From a virus (lineage: Duplodnaviria > Caudoviricetes), in the IMG/VR virus record IMGVR_UViG_2773858002_000001, positions 27,802 to 91,801 of that record: a stretch of 64,000 nt of DNA. One strand, written 5' to 3'. Below the pieces are notes generated by a model. That model was not told the DNA's origin. It saw nothing but the letters and a program-made list of their open reading frames with translations, and did no database searches. The translations under genes were made by a program, and so were the position numbers. Each line of letters opens with the position of its first letter. Positions within the stretch are counted from its first letter, which is position 1. Of this stretch, positions 38,970-49,288 are shown piece after piece.

Positions 38970-39950
38970 TTAGTCTTCGGTGCCGATGGTCTCGTACACC
39001 ACCGAGGCTTCGGCTTCCTCGATCTGGAAGTCCACACGCATCGTCAGGACGATGATGTAAACGCGGGCCGTGATGTCCTTGTCGAACTCAAGGCTGACCT
39101 GGCGCTGAATACCGAAGATAAGGTTCAGCGGGTCCGTGTAGATGCCCTTGTCCTCTGGCATGAGTGCAACCGGAGTCACCGGGGAACCGAAGGCATACAC
39201 AGGTGCCGTACCCTGCACCATGTTGTCGCCCAGACCGGTGCCGCGATCCGCCAGGGTATCTCGGTACTCGGTCTCCTGGTTGACAGACACGAAGTGATTG
39301 ATCGACGGTTTGTTGCGCTGGTACTGGACCGGCATCGTCTTGAGGCCGTTCTTGAACAGGCGCTTGGAAACCGTCTGGTTGTTCGCGTCGTAGACGTTGC
39401 CTTCGGTCGAACCGATCTTGAGCCAGCCGTCGCCCTGCGAGAGGAAATCCTCGTCGTCCTGGTCGCCTGGGTTCGTGTACGCCGTATCGGAGAGCAACCC
39501 CAGCTCTTCCGTGTCGAGGGCCGACCGCTCAGCGATCAGGTCGATGATCGTCTGGCGGAGACCACCGGGGCCGGTGTTCGAGCCTTCGTTGTTCGCCGCA
39601 GACGCCCGTTCGATGTTGTCTTCGAGAACGTCATAGGGCAGACGGACCTCAGCGATCTGCTCCTTGGTGCTGAGCTCGATCTGTTCAGTCGTCGGCTTGG
39701 ACCGCTGCGCCTGGGTAAGCGCAACACCGGAGGTTGCCTTCCGTAGGATGCGCTTGCCGAAGCCGATCTTGTTGATCTTGCGCTTCGACGCCGACATCTC
39801 CACCACCCGGCAGCGCCGGATCAGCGTGGGCTGCTTGATCATCTTGCGGATGAACGATGCGCCCTGTTCGGGGTTGAGTTCGCCGCCGTCGGCGCGAAGG
39901 TCTTCAATCGCGAGGTCGGCCTTGCGAAGGAGGGAGCTGTTGCTGGACAT
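38970..39950 (-). CDS. Major capsid protein (XkdG/P2-like, HK97 fold)
   Basis: GG.LNPEQ..FI, LEDNIE, DGWLK, T.P.NLIFG. Confidence 0.88.
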   Translation of the reverse strand: MSSNSSLLRKADLAIEDLRADGGELNPEQGASFIRKMIKQPTLIRRCRVVEMSASKRKINKIGFGKRILRKATSGVALTQAQRSKPTTEQIELSTKEQIAEVRLPYDVLEDNIERASAANNEGSNTGPGGLRQTIIDLIAERSALDTEELGLLSDTAYTNPGDQDDEDFLSQGDGWLKIGSTEGNVYDANNQTVSKRLFKNGLKTMPVQYQRNKPSINHFVSVNQETEYRDTLADRGTGLGDNMVQGTAPVYAFGSPVTPVALMPEDKGIYTDPLNLIFGIQRQVSLEFDKDITARVYIIVLTMRVDFQIEEAEASVVYETIGTED

Positions 39951-39991
39951 TTCTGTTTCCTCGTAAGGGTTTCAGTTGGCTTTGCGCGCGA

Positions 39992-41122
39992 TCATGCGAC
40001 TTCGCGGCGGTCGTAGGCGGTGTCGAGAAGTGGCGGTGCTCCCCGAGAGCCTTCCTGCTTTTCAAGCTGGTTCGGCTTTTCACCATCAGGCTCCGCGAAC
40101 ACGGTGCCATTCAGAGCCGCGTCAGTCTTTTTGGCCTGCTGGGCCACTTTCTCGACGCGGGAGTTGATGTCCGCCATGTCCTTTTTGACCTCATCCTTGA
40201 GGCCGGATACGGCACTGGTCACCGACTTCTGCAGTTCCTTCAGAACACCCATGAGATCGTCCTGGGACTTCTTCAGGGCAGCAATTTCGGCATTCGGCGC
40301 GTCGGCCTTGGGCTCGTCCGCCTTCTCGGCGCTCTCAGGCTTTTTCGGCTCGTCGTCGGGGCCGTCTTCCTTCTTCGCCTCTTCGGTCTTCGCCTTGTCG
40401 GCTTCTTCCTTCGCCTTGTCGGCCTCGGACGGCTCTTCCTTCTTCGCCTCTGCCGGCGTCTCTTCACCCGCCTTGGCGATGTCCGAGTAGTAGCGATCAA
40501 CGTAGAACGCCGACGCCGGTAGAGACGCTGCCAATCCGCTGACGTAAGACTTGAAATCATCGACGGTCTTGGCAACACGTTCGGCTGCTTCTGTGGGCGA
40601 ATTAGACTTGTGCAGTGCCACGCTGACGCAGCTGCCAAGGACGTCCTGCGCCGTGCAGAAGGAGGGATAAAAACCCTGAGCCTTCACGGCCTCCGAGAAG
40701 TCGGAACCAGATGCGTTGTAACTGTCGAACGCCTTCTTCAACCCGGAGATGACAAGGCCCACCTTGTCGCCGGTCTTGATGATCACGGTGTCCTCGGCCT
40801 TGTCGGCGTCGGCTTTGGCAAGCGTCACGACGCCATCAACCTCGGTCTTGAGGAAGACTTTCGGGTCGAGTCCGGCTCCCTGGAACACCTCGGCCATCTT
40901 GTCCATGTCCGCACCAGCGGGAACAACGGCAGCGACGACCTCCGGGCCGGTGGTCTCGTTCTTCTGGAAGAGCTTCCGACCGATCTTGTTCAGGTCAAGC
41001 ATTGTTTCATCCTCTTGTTTGACAATCCGGAACGGGATGCGGTTCGCTCCCCGCTTTACGAGCGAGACAAAATCGACACTTGTGTCCACGAGCTCGGTGG
41101 CCTTAACTCGCAATTCGGGCAT
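39992..41122 (-). CDS. Capsid scaffolding-like protein
   Basis: VSLVKRGAN..F.IVK N-term and charged coiled coil; between protease and capsid. Confidence 0.65.
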   Translation of the reverse strand: MPELRVKATELVDTSVDFVSLVKRGANRIPFRIVKQEDETMLDLNKIGRKLFQKNETTGPEVVAAVVPAGADMDKMAEVFQGAGLDPKVFLKTEVDGVVTLAKADADKAEDTVIIKTGDKVGLVISGLKKAFDSYNASGSDFSEAVKAQGFYPSFCTAQDVLGSCVSVALHKSNSPTEAAERVAKTVDDFKSYVSGLAASLPASAFYVDRYYSDIAKAGEETPAEAKKEEPSEADKAKEEADKAKTEEAKKEDGPDDEPKKPESAEKADEPKADAPNAEIAALKKSQDDLMGVLKELQKSVTSAVSGLKDEVKKDMADINSRVEKVAQQAKKTDAALNGTVFAEPDGEKPNQLEKQEGSRGAPPLLDTAYDRREVA

Positions 41123-41783
41123 CGAGCACTCCTTCAACAAACGAGAACCGGTGAGCGTGTCCGTTGGCTGTCTCAGTCAGAGTTCCGCGCAGGATTTCGT
41201 GTCTGAAGCCGTCTGGACCTTCGTCGGTCCATCCGCCCAGGAACTTGCCGTCGCTGTCGTACTTGACGAAGAACTTGTGCCTGTGACCGCCGCTCTCTTC
41301 GGTCTCCCCGGTGATTGTGTCGGGGACATTGATCTCCAAAACGGTATCCACCCGGACCCCCATGCCATCGAGTGAGAAGCCGTTCAGCTCACCACTCTTG
41401 ACAAGGCTCCAAACGAGTGGATCGGGGACTTTGACGCCGAGCACCCAACTTCCTGGGATAAACACGTTGTCATCGTCCCTGGCGATGAAACTCTCGACCA
41501 CGTAACAGCCGCTCTCTTCGCGTGTATGCTGGACATCGATCTTTGTGACCAAACCCTTCCGCATGAACTCGTGAGCCATCCTCTGGATTTCGTCACGAGA
41601 CATGAAATCGCCCTGGCTATCCGGGACGGTCGGCGCATACACCTCGCCGTAAACGAGCTGCTGTTCCTCGTCGCACTTCTTAATCTGGACAGCTGGGTGG
41701 TCGCCCGATTTCGCAACAGCAGATGAGGTGGTCGCGGCTGACCCGTCGTTACCCCATGCGCTGTTGCGAGTTTCCTGGAACAC
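41103..41783 (-). CDS. XkdF-like prohead serine protease
   Basis: DEEQQLVYGEVYAP..DSQGD, H......VVES, GSW, VKSGELNGFS. Confidence 0.85.
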   Translation of the reverse strand: MFQETRNSAWGNDGSAATTSSAVAKSGDHPAVQIKKCDEEQQLVYGEVYAPTVPDSQGDFMSRDEIQRMAHEFMRKGLVTKIDVQHTREESGCYVVESFIARDDDNVFIPGSWVLGVKVPDPLVWSLVKSGELNGFSLDGMGVRVDTVLEINVPDTITGETEESGGHRHKFFVKYDSDGKFLGGWTDEGPDGFRHEILRGTLTETANGHAHRFSFVEGVLDARIAS

Positions 41784-41875
41784 GTTCTTTGCCCAAATGA
41801 TGTTTCATCGACTTGGGTCGGACCATAATTTCGTACGTGTTCTTGTGCAATTAATTGCACATACACCGGATCAAA

Positions 41876-43498
41876 TCATGATCCGGTCGTCAACTTGGAA
41901 AGAAGTCTGCGGGCCTCTTTGGCACCACCCGCGACATAGGCGGCTAGGACTTTTTGGCGGTCTGTCTCGTTCGCCATGGCCTCAATCAGTTTTCGCAATG
42001 CGGTCTCGGAAACCAGGCTCACCTCAAGGAACGCCGTTGCAATTGCGTCCGCAGTGTCTGGCGCGCTCTGCGCGACCGTTGATCCGGCCTCGATCAATGG
42101 CTTGGTCTTCGCCTTCATCTGAACCTGGTCGGTCACTGATCCAACCCGGTCAAGAAATCCTCGGCATCTTGGGTGGTATGGTGGCGATCCATACCCCGCA
42201 AGCTGCATTTCCTCAGCGCTCATGCCTTCCAACTGTTCGAGTCCAGCCTTTGTGTTCTTAGGCCAAGGCGCGATGTTCCGCAGTTCCTGGGGGTCTGTGG
42301 TGGAGAGTGCCGTGGTGATCTTGCTGTACTCCGACACGACGTCGAACATCTTGCCGTGCATCAACCGACAAACTGGACACGTGACTTCATCCAGAACTTC
42401 ATTGACCTGGTATGTCGTAACGTCTTTCTCGACCGCCTCTGACAAGAAGCCCAACGAGATGAGACGCGAGGTCGTCAAATTGGCATTGACGTCTATCAGC
42501 GCCTTCCCCTCCAAAACCGCAGCATTTAGGCGCTGGGCAAGAGTCATCGTCTCAGCTTTGGTCAGCGTCTGCTCGGAAATTGAAGCAGACCAGTCTTCCT
42601 TCAGGGGAGCGTACACCTCCGGACCGAAGATCAGTTCGTCGTCGTACGGTTCGATCTGGGTGATGTCGAAATCAGCTCCCTCGTAAGTGATGGTTACGTG
42701 TGGTCGGTAATCTGGAAAGTCGTGCGAAGCCCCTGCTTCAATGAACTGATCGTGACGATCTGCAATCTCGGCACTCTCGAAGGTCAGCACTACGGCTTTC
42801 CCGAAACGCTCAACCTTTCTCACGCCACCTAATGCTACAACTTCCGAGGCTTCTGGAGGGATACTACTCCAGTCCAAACGGTCGCGGCTAAAGCAGACTG
42901 TGACGTGAAAATCATCTGGCTGAAGTGTGCTAGGAAATCCCTGCTCTTTCGCCCATGCAATTAATTGCGCAGAGTTAAGCAAAGGGCGATGCACATACAG
43001 CGACTGCTTACCCAACCCCATGTCAGGGTTTGCGAGGCCGGCGACTACCAGATCATCGTGGGACAGGTCATCCTTGTGAAGCAGTGCGTATTTCTGTTGG
43101 TCTTCAAGCTCGGAAACAACGCGATGGAGCTCCCACCGCATCTCTTCCGCGATATTGTATTTGAGCGATGTGTCCAGCTGGTCGAGAGCCTGCTGTAGGC
43201 CGTGGGGGAGAGCTTTCCCACTGGACATGTAGGAGGTTGCCCCAAGCGATCCAGCCGCGCGTGAGGCCCCAAAAAGAAGGGCGGAAACGGACAGTTCCTC
43301 GACCTGTTCACGCGACTGTTCAACCACGTAGTCGAGGTCGAGCGTGTCGATCAGGGCGTGTGCGGCGTACCACCGCCTCTGTGCCAGAAGATCGTACAGC
43401 TCAGAGACAAGTCCCGATAGACTGCGCGCCCACTCGCTCGTGAGGGCAGAGCCTATCGCTTCTTCGATTGCGATGAAGGCTTCGTCCTTAATGGCCAT
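41876..43498 (-). CDS. MuF-like head morphogenesis protein with embedded Acb1-like 2H phosphodiesterase
   Basis: MuF motifs D..TCPVC..MHGK and PPYHPRCR; internal LYVHR..WAKEQGF...FHVTV...HDFPDYRPHVTI (two HxT motifs). Confidence 0.85.
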   Translation of the reverse strand: MAIKDEAFIAIEEAIGSALTSEWARSLSGLVSELYDLLAQRRWYAAHALIDTLDLDYVVEQSREQVEELSVSALLFGASRAAGSLGATSYMSSGKALPHGLQQALDQLDTSLKYNIAEEMRWELHRVVSELEDQQKYALLHKDDLSHDDLVVAGLANPDMGLGKQSLYVHRPLLNSAQLIAWAKEQGFPSTLQPDDFHVTVCFSRDRLDWSSIPPEASEVVALGGVRKVERFGKAVVLTFESAEIADRHDQFIEAGASHDFPDYRPHVTITYEGADFDITQIEPYDDELIFGPEVYAPLKEDWSASISEQTLTKAETMTLAQRLNAAVLEGKALIDVNANLTTSRLISLGFLSEAVEKDVTTYQVNEVLDEVTCPVCRLMHGKMFDVVSEYSKITTALSTTDPQELRNIAPWPKNTKAGLEQLEGMSAEEMQLAGYGSPPYHPRCRGFLDRVGSVTDQVQMKAKTKPLIEAGSTVAQSAPDTADAIATAFLEVSLVSETALRKLIEAMANETDRQKVLAAYVAGGAKEARRLLSKLTTGS

Positions 43499-45371
43499 GG
43501 GAGCACCCGCAACCACCGTTCTTGGCAATCACGCTCACCGTTGCGGCGGACAGCTCGCCCAGCCCATCCAAATCGTAATCTGCGGCCCCAGCGAAACGCG
43601 CCATCGCAAGGGCGTGCTCAAAGCCTTCGACTTCGCTGCCGTCCAAGCCGTTTGCCACTTTTGCAAAGGCAAGCACCCCATCAACATCACGCTTTCGCAA
43701 TGACGTCATCAACCGCAACGCCAGGCCGGCCTCCTTGGAGATTGCTCCGGTGTAGCCCTTTCCGTTGGGTTCACTGGTCGGCTTGTCGGTGGATACTGCC
43801 TTGGTCTTCGTTTTTAGCTGAACAACGTTGCCCTCGTCATCCACCTCACCAGCGCCGGCAGCATCCGGCTGCGGGGGCACAAACCCTGGGATCGGGTTAC
43901 CGTTCTCATCAAAGCCAGGCCGGGGTTTCTCCGGCTCCTTATATCGAATATCAGTGCCGGACGCCTCGTTGATCTCGTACAGTACGTCTTCCTTCTCGAC
44001 GGCGTTCGTGGAGATCGCCATCTGGATGCCTTGCAGCTTGATGGTCGCGTCCTCAATCACAAGGGGCTTGGATACCATCCTATAGCCTTTGTAGCCCATG
44101 GCATCGAGAAGCTTGACGTTGATGATCTCATCGAACTCATCCCGCTCGGGCTTGAAAACTTGCGCTTCAGCGACCGCGTAGGAAGCAGTTGCAGAAGCGA
44201 ACGAGTAGTCCTCTGCGGCACCTACGAAAATCGGAGGAAGACGGAACGCTCGACGGACGCGCGTCTCGCATCGTTCGTCGTAATTCTCGAACATGCTATC
44301 GTCTTGCCGCTCAGCCCCAAACCGCTCGACAGTCACACGCGCCTGATTTGGAGAGTTGAACGTACCTCCAGACGGCATTACCTCCAGCACCTGAACGCGG
44401 TTCTTCGCGGACGCGGTGCCTTTCCCCATCTTCAGGTCGAGTGCGCCCTTCGTCTCCGGTTGGAGCGTGCCACCCTGCAACAGGATCAGAACAGGCGGTA
44501 TGCCACCGTTATCGAAGAACTCCAGATTGTATTCCTCGGCCTTTCTGGAGCCGAGAACCGAGGGCAGCTGACTGATCCAGCGAGGTACGCCGTAAGGTGT
44601 GTGGGCGTCTGGCAGAACAGTGAAATGGATAACTTCGGTCGCCCGCTGCTCAGCCGGAAGTCGCTGGCCCTTGGCAGCCCATGTGGCGAGTCTTTTGTGC
44701 AGGTCACGGGTGCTGCCGAACTCTCGGAAATAGACGAGCGAGACCCCATTCAGCAACTGCACGTACTTTCTCTCGCGCTGCATCACGGAAATTTTTACGT
44801 CCCGGCCCTTGCGCCGCACGGTGCGGTCAACCGGAACCGCTTTGTCCAGAGTGACCAACCGCATCATCTTACTGTCGATGTGGCGAAGGAAAACGACCTC
44901 ATCCTGAGCGTTCCGCAACACCTCAAGGTAGGCGTTGCCCGTCCTCTCCAGATCACGCCGGAGAAGCTTGCGTATTTTTTTGAACGACATTCCGGGCCAA
45001 GGTTCGTTGAAGAAGTCGCGAAGCTCTTCAATCTTCTTGTCGTCTTCAGCGTTCTCGCTGTCCTCCCCTTCCCGCTCGAAATCGTAACCAGTACCATCGA
45101 CATTCGTCACCATGGCTTCGACACAGGGAGACAGGGCATTGTTTTCCTGGGACAGTCTGTCGAGCTGGCGCAGATTGTAAGGGGGTGCAAGGACGCCGGC
45201 ATCGTTTTCTCCGCCGACATACCACTGCTTGTACTCGTCTTCCGGGTCGAGGGCGTTGGAGTGGACAGTGCTGTTGCTGCCATCCGCCTCGGCTTTTGCA
45301 AACCTGTTCTGAACAGAAACCAGTCTCAGCGTGGGCCGTTCGTTGCCCTCGGCCTTCGTGTCGTCGCTCAT
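43488..45371 (-). CDS. Portal protein (PBSX-like)
   Basis: PPY....L, D.E.TGNAYLEV.R, YGVPRW, N..FF.NGGIP, F.LPP..VG. Confidence 0.9.
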   Translation of the reverse strand: MSDDTKAEGNERPTLRLVSVQNRFAKAEADGSNSTVHSNALDPEDEYKQWYVGGENDAGVLAPPYNLRQLDRLSQENNALSPCVEAMVTNVDGTGYDFEREGEDSENAEDDKKIEELRDFFNEPWPGMSFKKIRKLLRRDLERTGNAYLEVLRNAQDEVVFLRHIDSKMMRLVTLDKAVPVDRTVRRKGRDVKISVMQRERKYVQLLNGVSLVYFREFGSTRDLHKRLATWAAKGQRLPAEQRATEVIHFTVLPDAHTPYGVPRWISQLPSVLGSRKAEEYNLEFFDNGGIPPVLILLQGGTLQPETKGALDLKMGKGTASAKNRVQVLEVMPSGGTFNSPNQARVTVERFGAERQDDSMFENYDERCETRVRRAFRLPPIFVGAAEDYSFASATASYAVAEAQVFKPERDEFDEIINVKLLDAMGYKGYRMVSKPLVIEDATIKLQGIQMAISTNAVEKEDVLYEINEASGTDIRYKEPEKPRPGFDENGNPIPGFVPPQPDAAGAGEVDDEGNVVQLKTKTKAVSTDKPTSEPNGKGYTGAISKEAGLALRLMTSLRKRDVDGVLAFAKVANGLDGSEVEGFEHALAMARFAGAADYDLDGLGELSAATVSVIAKNGGCGCSHGH

Positions 45372-45433
45372 GATCGTCCTCTCGCGCAACCTCAACTCAG
45401 TGCTTCTATCGTGCAATTAATTGCACACTCAAG

Positions 45434-47833
45434 TTACACAGCGAGCTTCAGTTTCTTGATTTCTGCGAGGTTCGGCCCCGCCTCGGCATCTGCGGTAAAC
45501 TTCAGCTGCGGCTTCCAGCCAACCTCGTGGAATGGGAGGTTAGACATGATCTCGATACACCGTCCAGCCCACAGGTCTGCGTCTTGTTCCGGGATATACG
45601 CGATCAATGCGTCGTGGATCATTCCGACCACCTCGATCTCGCCGTTCGGGTACGCCTGATCGATCAGCGCAATAGCCCAGAGCATCATGTCAGAAAGGCA
45701 CGACTGGATCGGGGAGTTGATTGCCTGTCTCTCCGCCTTGGATCGAATTTCACGGTCCCATGCATTGATCATCGGCAAGTGGCGGATGCGGCCCAGCGGG
45801 CTCCGCACCATCTGGGTGAACTTGACGATCTCCTTCTGCTTGTCGTGGTAATCGATAAGGCCGGGGTAAAGCTCGAAGAACGCATTCCGCATCGCCTCGG
45901 CTTCCTCGTAGGTGAGGCGGATGCCGTAATTGGCCCAGGCGTAGGCGCGGAAGCCTTCAACCTGCATTCCGTAGAGCAAACCAAAATTGGCTGGCTTCGC
46001 GTTGCCGCGATGCTTGTCGAAGAGCTCCGCGAGTTCCTTCTCGTGATTGTCCTTCCACGTCAGGAACTCCTGCAGTTCCACCTGGGCAAGCTTCGCCCCG
46101 GTGACCGCGTGCAAGTCCAGTCCCTGCTCGTAGGCACTCAGCATGGTGGGTTCGGGAGCCACGCACGCCACCACTTTCAATTCGCCCTGCGAAAAATCGA
46201 CGCTGAGAACCAACTTGCCTTTGGGTGCCGGGAAACACTCACGAATGCGTTTCGCCCACTTGGTTTTCTTCGGAGTCACCTGGAATGGCGGGTCTTTGGC
46301 CGAGAGACGCCCCGTGACCGTGCCGCTTTCGTCATTATCGTGACCCTCGAACTCCGCCCTGCCGAGGAAGTACGTCGTGTGGAAGCGACCATCTGGACGC
46401 AGATGCTTCAGAAAGCCATCGACAAAGGTCGATAGCGTCTTCATGGCGCTGTCGGCCTCGGTCAATGCTGTCACCATGTCAGCCGCTTCGGGGACATTCG
46501 CAAACTGACGGAGATGAGACTTGGCCATAGACGGCTCTTTCGTCTTGGCAGTCACTTCCTTCGGTTTCAGGTTGAGGCCGCTTGGGCTAAAGAAAAACTC
46601 CTTCAGAATGGACGGAAGCATCGGGCTCTTGCCTTGTGCCAACTGATCTTCAATGCGGTCGCGGTATTTGATGCGCATCTTGTTAGGCAGCAAGCCGAGC
46701 GTAACCTTGTGCGCCTCGTCAATCGTCTTCCGAAGGTCTTGCCTGAGAACTTCGTACTTCTCCTGGTCAACGAGAACGCCGCGCCGCTCGATCTTCTCAA
46801 AGGCACGCGCAGCAGGGTGTAGGATGCGGATGTAGAAGTTCGCCAATTGCTCGTCATCAACCAACTCTTGCCGCAGGCAGTCGGCCACTCTATGGGCGGC
46901 GTCGGTATCGCCGCCAGCATAGATCAGGAAGTCATCATTCGCCGGGATGGCCTCCATGTGCCCCTTGTCGTACTTGTCGTTGAATGGGTCGTCATAACCC
47001 CCGATAGGCGTCATGATCTTCGCGTGCTGGTTCAACGAGTTGGACCTGTTCTCGTTCAGCAGTGACCCGACCAGCATATTGTCGAATTTGAAGTTCGTGC
47101 ACTCTATGCCCCACTTCTCCGCGATCCAGATGAGATCGTATTTGCCGTTGGAGAAGCGCAGCTTCACCTTCGGGGAGGTTAGTAGCCATTTTATCTGATC
47201 GAACAGTGGGACATCTTTGGAGAGCTCTATCGGGTGCTTTTGCGGCCCCAAATACAGAACCTCGGCGGTCTCTGGCTTCGCGGTGAAGCTGATCGACACG
47301 ATGTCTTTGTCCTCGTACCACGGATAAAAGCCCATCGTCTCCGTGTCACATGTGACATCGACAGACTTGCCGCCCCGAGCCTTGTAGCGCTGTTCTATCC
47401 AGTCGATCATCGGCTGGTAGTCATTGACCCATGTATACTTGCCGAGCTTGGGCATCAGCGATCCGGTCCGCATGAGGCGAACGGCCAGACGAATGTCCCA
47501 ATCTATGATCGCCTGCTTGTCCGGCTCCGAGTTCACTACATTGGGATCAAAGGTAACCAGATAGTGCCCACCGCCCCACTGTATGGGACGCTCACGCATG
47601 GAGTTCACGGTGCGGTTCTTCGGCGCAATCTTCAGCCTTTGAAGTGTATCGAGGGGTTTCTTGCCGCATACTACGACGATACCCCCGGCCTCTGGCACGG
47701 GGGGTTCTTCGTTTGGGTCTCGCCACTCTTGGAACGCGTGGTCTGGTACGTCAGGCCGAAATGACCGCAACACTCCCGAGAATGTCTTGGTTACGATGTC
47801 GCTGTCCGCCGCCGTCCATATCGTCAGTTTCAT
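45434..47833 (-). CDS. polA: Family A DNA polymerase with 3'-5' exonuclease
   Basis: DTET exo I, TGRLS, DFSQGEL (A), KPANFGLLYG (B), IHDAL (C). Confidence 0.95.
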   Translation of the reverse strand: MKLTIWTAADSDIVTKTFSGVLRSFRPDVPDHAFQEWRDPNEEPPVPEAGGIVVVCGKKPLDTLQRLKIAPKNRTVNSMRERPIQWGGGHYLVTFDPNVVNSEPDKQAIIDWDIRLAVRLMRTGSLMPKLGKYTWVNDYQPMIDWIEQRYKARGGKSVDVTCDTETMGFYPWYEDKDIVSISFTAKPETAEVLYLGPQKHPIELSKDVPLFDQIKWLLTSPKVKLRFSNGKYDLIWIAEKWGIECTNFKFDNMLVGSLLNENRSNSLNQHAKIMTPIGGYDDPFNDKYDKGHMEAIPANDDFLIYAGGDTDAAHRVADCLRQELVDDEQLANFYIRILHPAARAFEKIERRGVLVDQEKYEVLRQDLRKTIDEAHKVTLGLLPNKMRIKYRDRIEDQLAQGKSPMLPSILKEFFFSPSGLNLKPKEVTAKTKEPSMAKSHLRQFANVPEAADMVTALTEADSAMKTLSTFVDGFLKHLRPDGRFHTTYFLGRAEFEGHDNDESGTVTGRLSAKDPPFQVTPKKTKWAKRIRECFPAPKGKLVLSVDFSQGELKVVACVAPEPTMLSAYEQGLDLHAVTGAKLAQVELQEFLTWKDNHEKELAELFDKHRGNAKPANFGLLYGMQVEGFRAYAWANYGIRLTYEEAEAMRNAFFELYPGLIDYHDKQKEIVKFTQMVRSPLGRIRHLPMINAWDREIRSKAERQAINSPIQSCLSDMMLWAIALIDQAYPNGEIEVVGMIHDALIAYIPEQDADLWAGRCIEIMSNLPFHEVGWKPQLKFTADAEAGPNLAEIKKLKLAV

Positions 47834-47848
47834 TCCTGTCCTGCCCTG

Positions 47849-48259
47849 TCATAGCTCCTGCCATTCCGTTTTCGAGACCTTCAGGAAGCTCTTCACAATC
47901 GCTTTGCCGAGCTGATTGATGCAGTCTTCGGCACTCTTTGGTCGGGCGGCTTCGAGCCACCCCTCGATCTTGTCCATCTGGGCTAGGTTCAGGAGATGCA
48001 CGGTCGTGACGTCATGCACCCCGTCAGACTCCACCTGCAAGAGCAGAGACAGATTGCCCTTCACCCGGACCATCAGAAGAACGAGACCGTCCAAAACTGA
48101 ACTGCTCACGATCCTGCTGTGGAAATTCACCGGCAGTTTGCTGAAGTGAACAGTATGCGTCCCCTCACCACGAACACGGTTGGTCGCCGTGTCATGCTCG
48201 AACCGCAATCCGAGAGTATCGGTGGCCTCATAGAGAAGCGCCCGCGTCATAGATGCCAT
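47849..48259 (-). CDS. Hypothetical protein
   Basis: AAGGAGG RBS before ATG 48259. Confidence 0.65.
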   Translation of the reverse strand: MASMTRALLYEATDTLGLRFEHDTATNRVRGEGTHTVHFSKLPVNFHSRIVSSSVLDGLVLLMVRVKGNLSLLLQVESDGVHDVTTVHLLNLAQMDKIEGWLEAARPKSAEDCINQLGKAIVKSFLKVSKTEWQEL

Positions 48260-48459
48260 TTCAGTTCCCCTCCTTGGGACACGACACACGCCCAGCGACC
48301 CAGCGTTATCCCGCAGTAGGTCACCACGAACTCGCGGCGACCCTGCTTGACCTCGGCGGTCTGGAGGACAACCGGCTCGCTCGTCAGCGTCGGAAAGATC
48401 GGGAAGGTCTCGACGTGATCGCCAACCTCAAGACTGTCGAACTCTTCTCGCGTCAGCAC
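48247..48459 (-). CDS. Hypothetical protein
   Basis: 70-aa ORF filling the operon gap. Confidence 0.55.
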   Translation of the reverse strand: MLTREEFDSLEVGDHVETFPIFPTLTSEPVVLQTAEVKQGRREFVVTYCGITLGRWACVVSQGGELKWHL

Positions 48460-48460
48460 G

Positions 48461-49252
48461 TCACGCTCCCTTGATGATGTTCAAGTTCGGGAAGCTCGTG
48501 TCGAGCTGAACCCCCAAACCCATAAGGATCGCGCCGAGCGTCTTGGACGCCAGTTGGTCATCCTCGACCTGCAAATGCACGGAGGCGTAATCCTTCGAAG
48601 ACTTGATTTCGAGACCGCCTGCCGTGAGCGCCTTTGAATGCTCAATCATTTTCGGGCCTTCCACCCGCACAGACAGCGTGGTGCCTTGGTAGCGCGCGGC
48701 TATCCGAAGGTCGTCGTTGCCCGCAACGAGGTAGTATCGGCTACCCGCCGACGTGCCGTGCACCGGCTGATACATGCGCTCCGCGTCTCGAAGTTTCACG
48801 AGCGGGGCGGATTTCATCTTCGAAAGATCGAACGCCTCCCACTTGGTACTGAGAGACGACGACTGCTTGTTCGTCGGCTTCTCCTTCTTTTGGATCGGTG
48901 GAAGCGCGCCGAGCGTCCCACTTGGCGCACCGCCCTCAGCAACCGCAGCCGGGGGTAGCTGGTCTCCGTAGGTATCCTTCAGCATATGGATCGCAGCTGC
49001 GAGGGACTTGCCGAGTTTGATCTTCTCAATGGCGGGGAGTGTTCCCCCGTTGAGTTTCTGCAGCTGATCCAACGTGACGTCCACGTTGTGCTCCTGCGTT
49101 CCGCCCCCCACTGGAACGTAGAACTTGAACATCTTGGAAGTCAGCTTCACTTCGATGACGCTGGCGCTCAGCCAGTCGAACAATGGCTGCGGAATGCCGA
49201 TCTTCTTGATCGCTCCCAGCGCGTTCATCGAATGTTTGAGTTTAACAGGCAC
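48461..49252 (-). CDS. Hypothetical protein
   Basis: AAGGAGG RBS; first gene after the promoter at 49289. Confidence 0.75.
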   Translation of the reverse strand: MPVKLKHSMNALGAIKKIGIPQPLFDWLSASVIEVKLTSKMFKFYVPVGGGTQEHNVDVTLDQLQKLNGGTLPAIEKIKLGKSLAAAIHMLKDTYGDQLPPAAVAEGGAPSGTLGALPPIQKKEKPTNKQSSSLSTKWEAFDLSKMKSAPLVKLRDAERMYQPVHGTSAGSRYYLVAGNDDLRIAARYQGTTLSVRVEGPKMIEHSKALTAGGLEIKSSKDYASVHLQVEDDQLASKTLGAILMGLGVQLDTSFPNLNIIKGA

Positions 49253-49288
49253 TACAACCTCCTTGTTGACCCCTGTTTCCTTACCAAC

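Noticed and set aside
44031-45659. Long plus-strand ORFs (542 aa here; also 52..1017, 33864..34859, 23208..24119, 45527..46435, 52654..53535)
   Set aside because: Antisense shadows of well-supported minus-strand genes, expected from GC-rich codon bias; no recognisable motifs.
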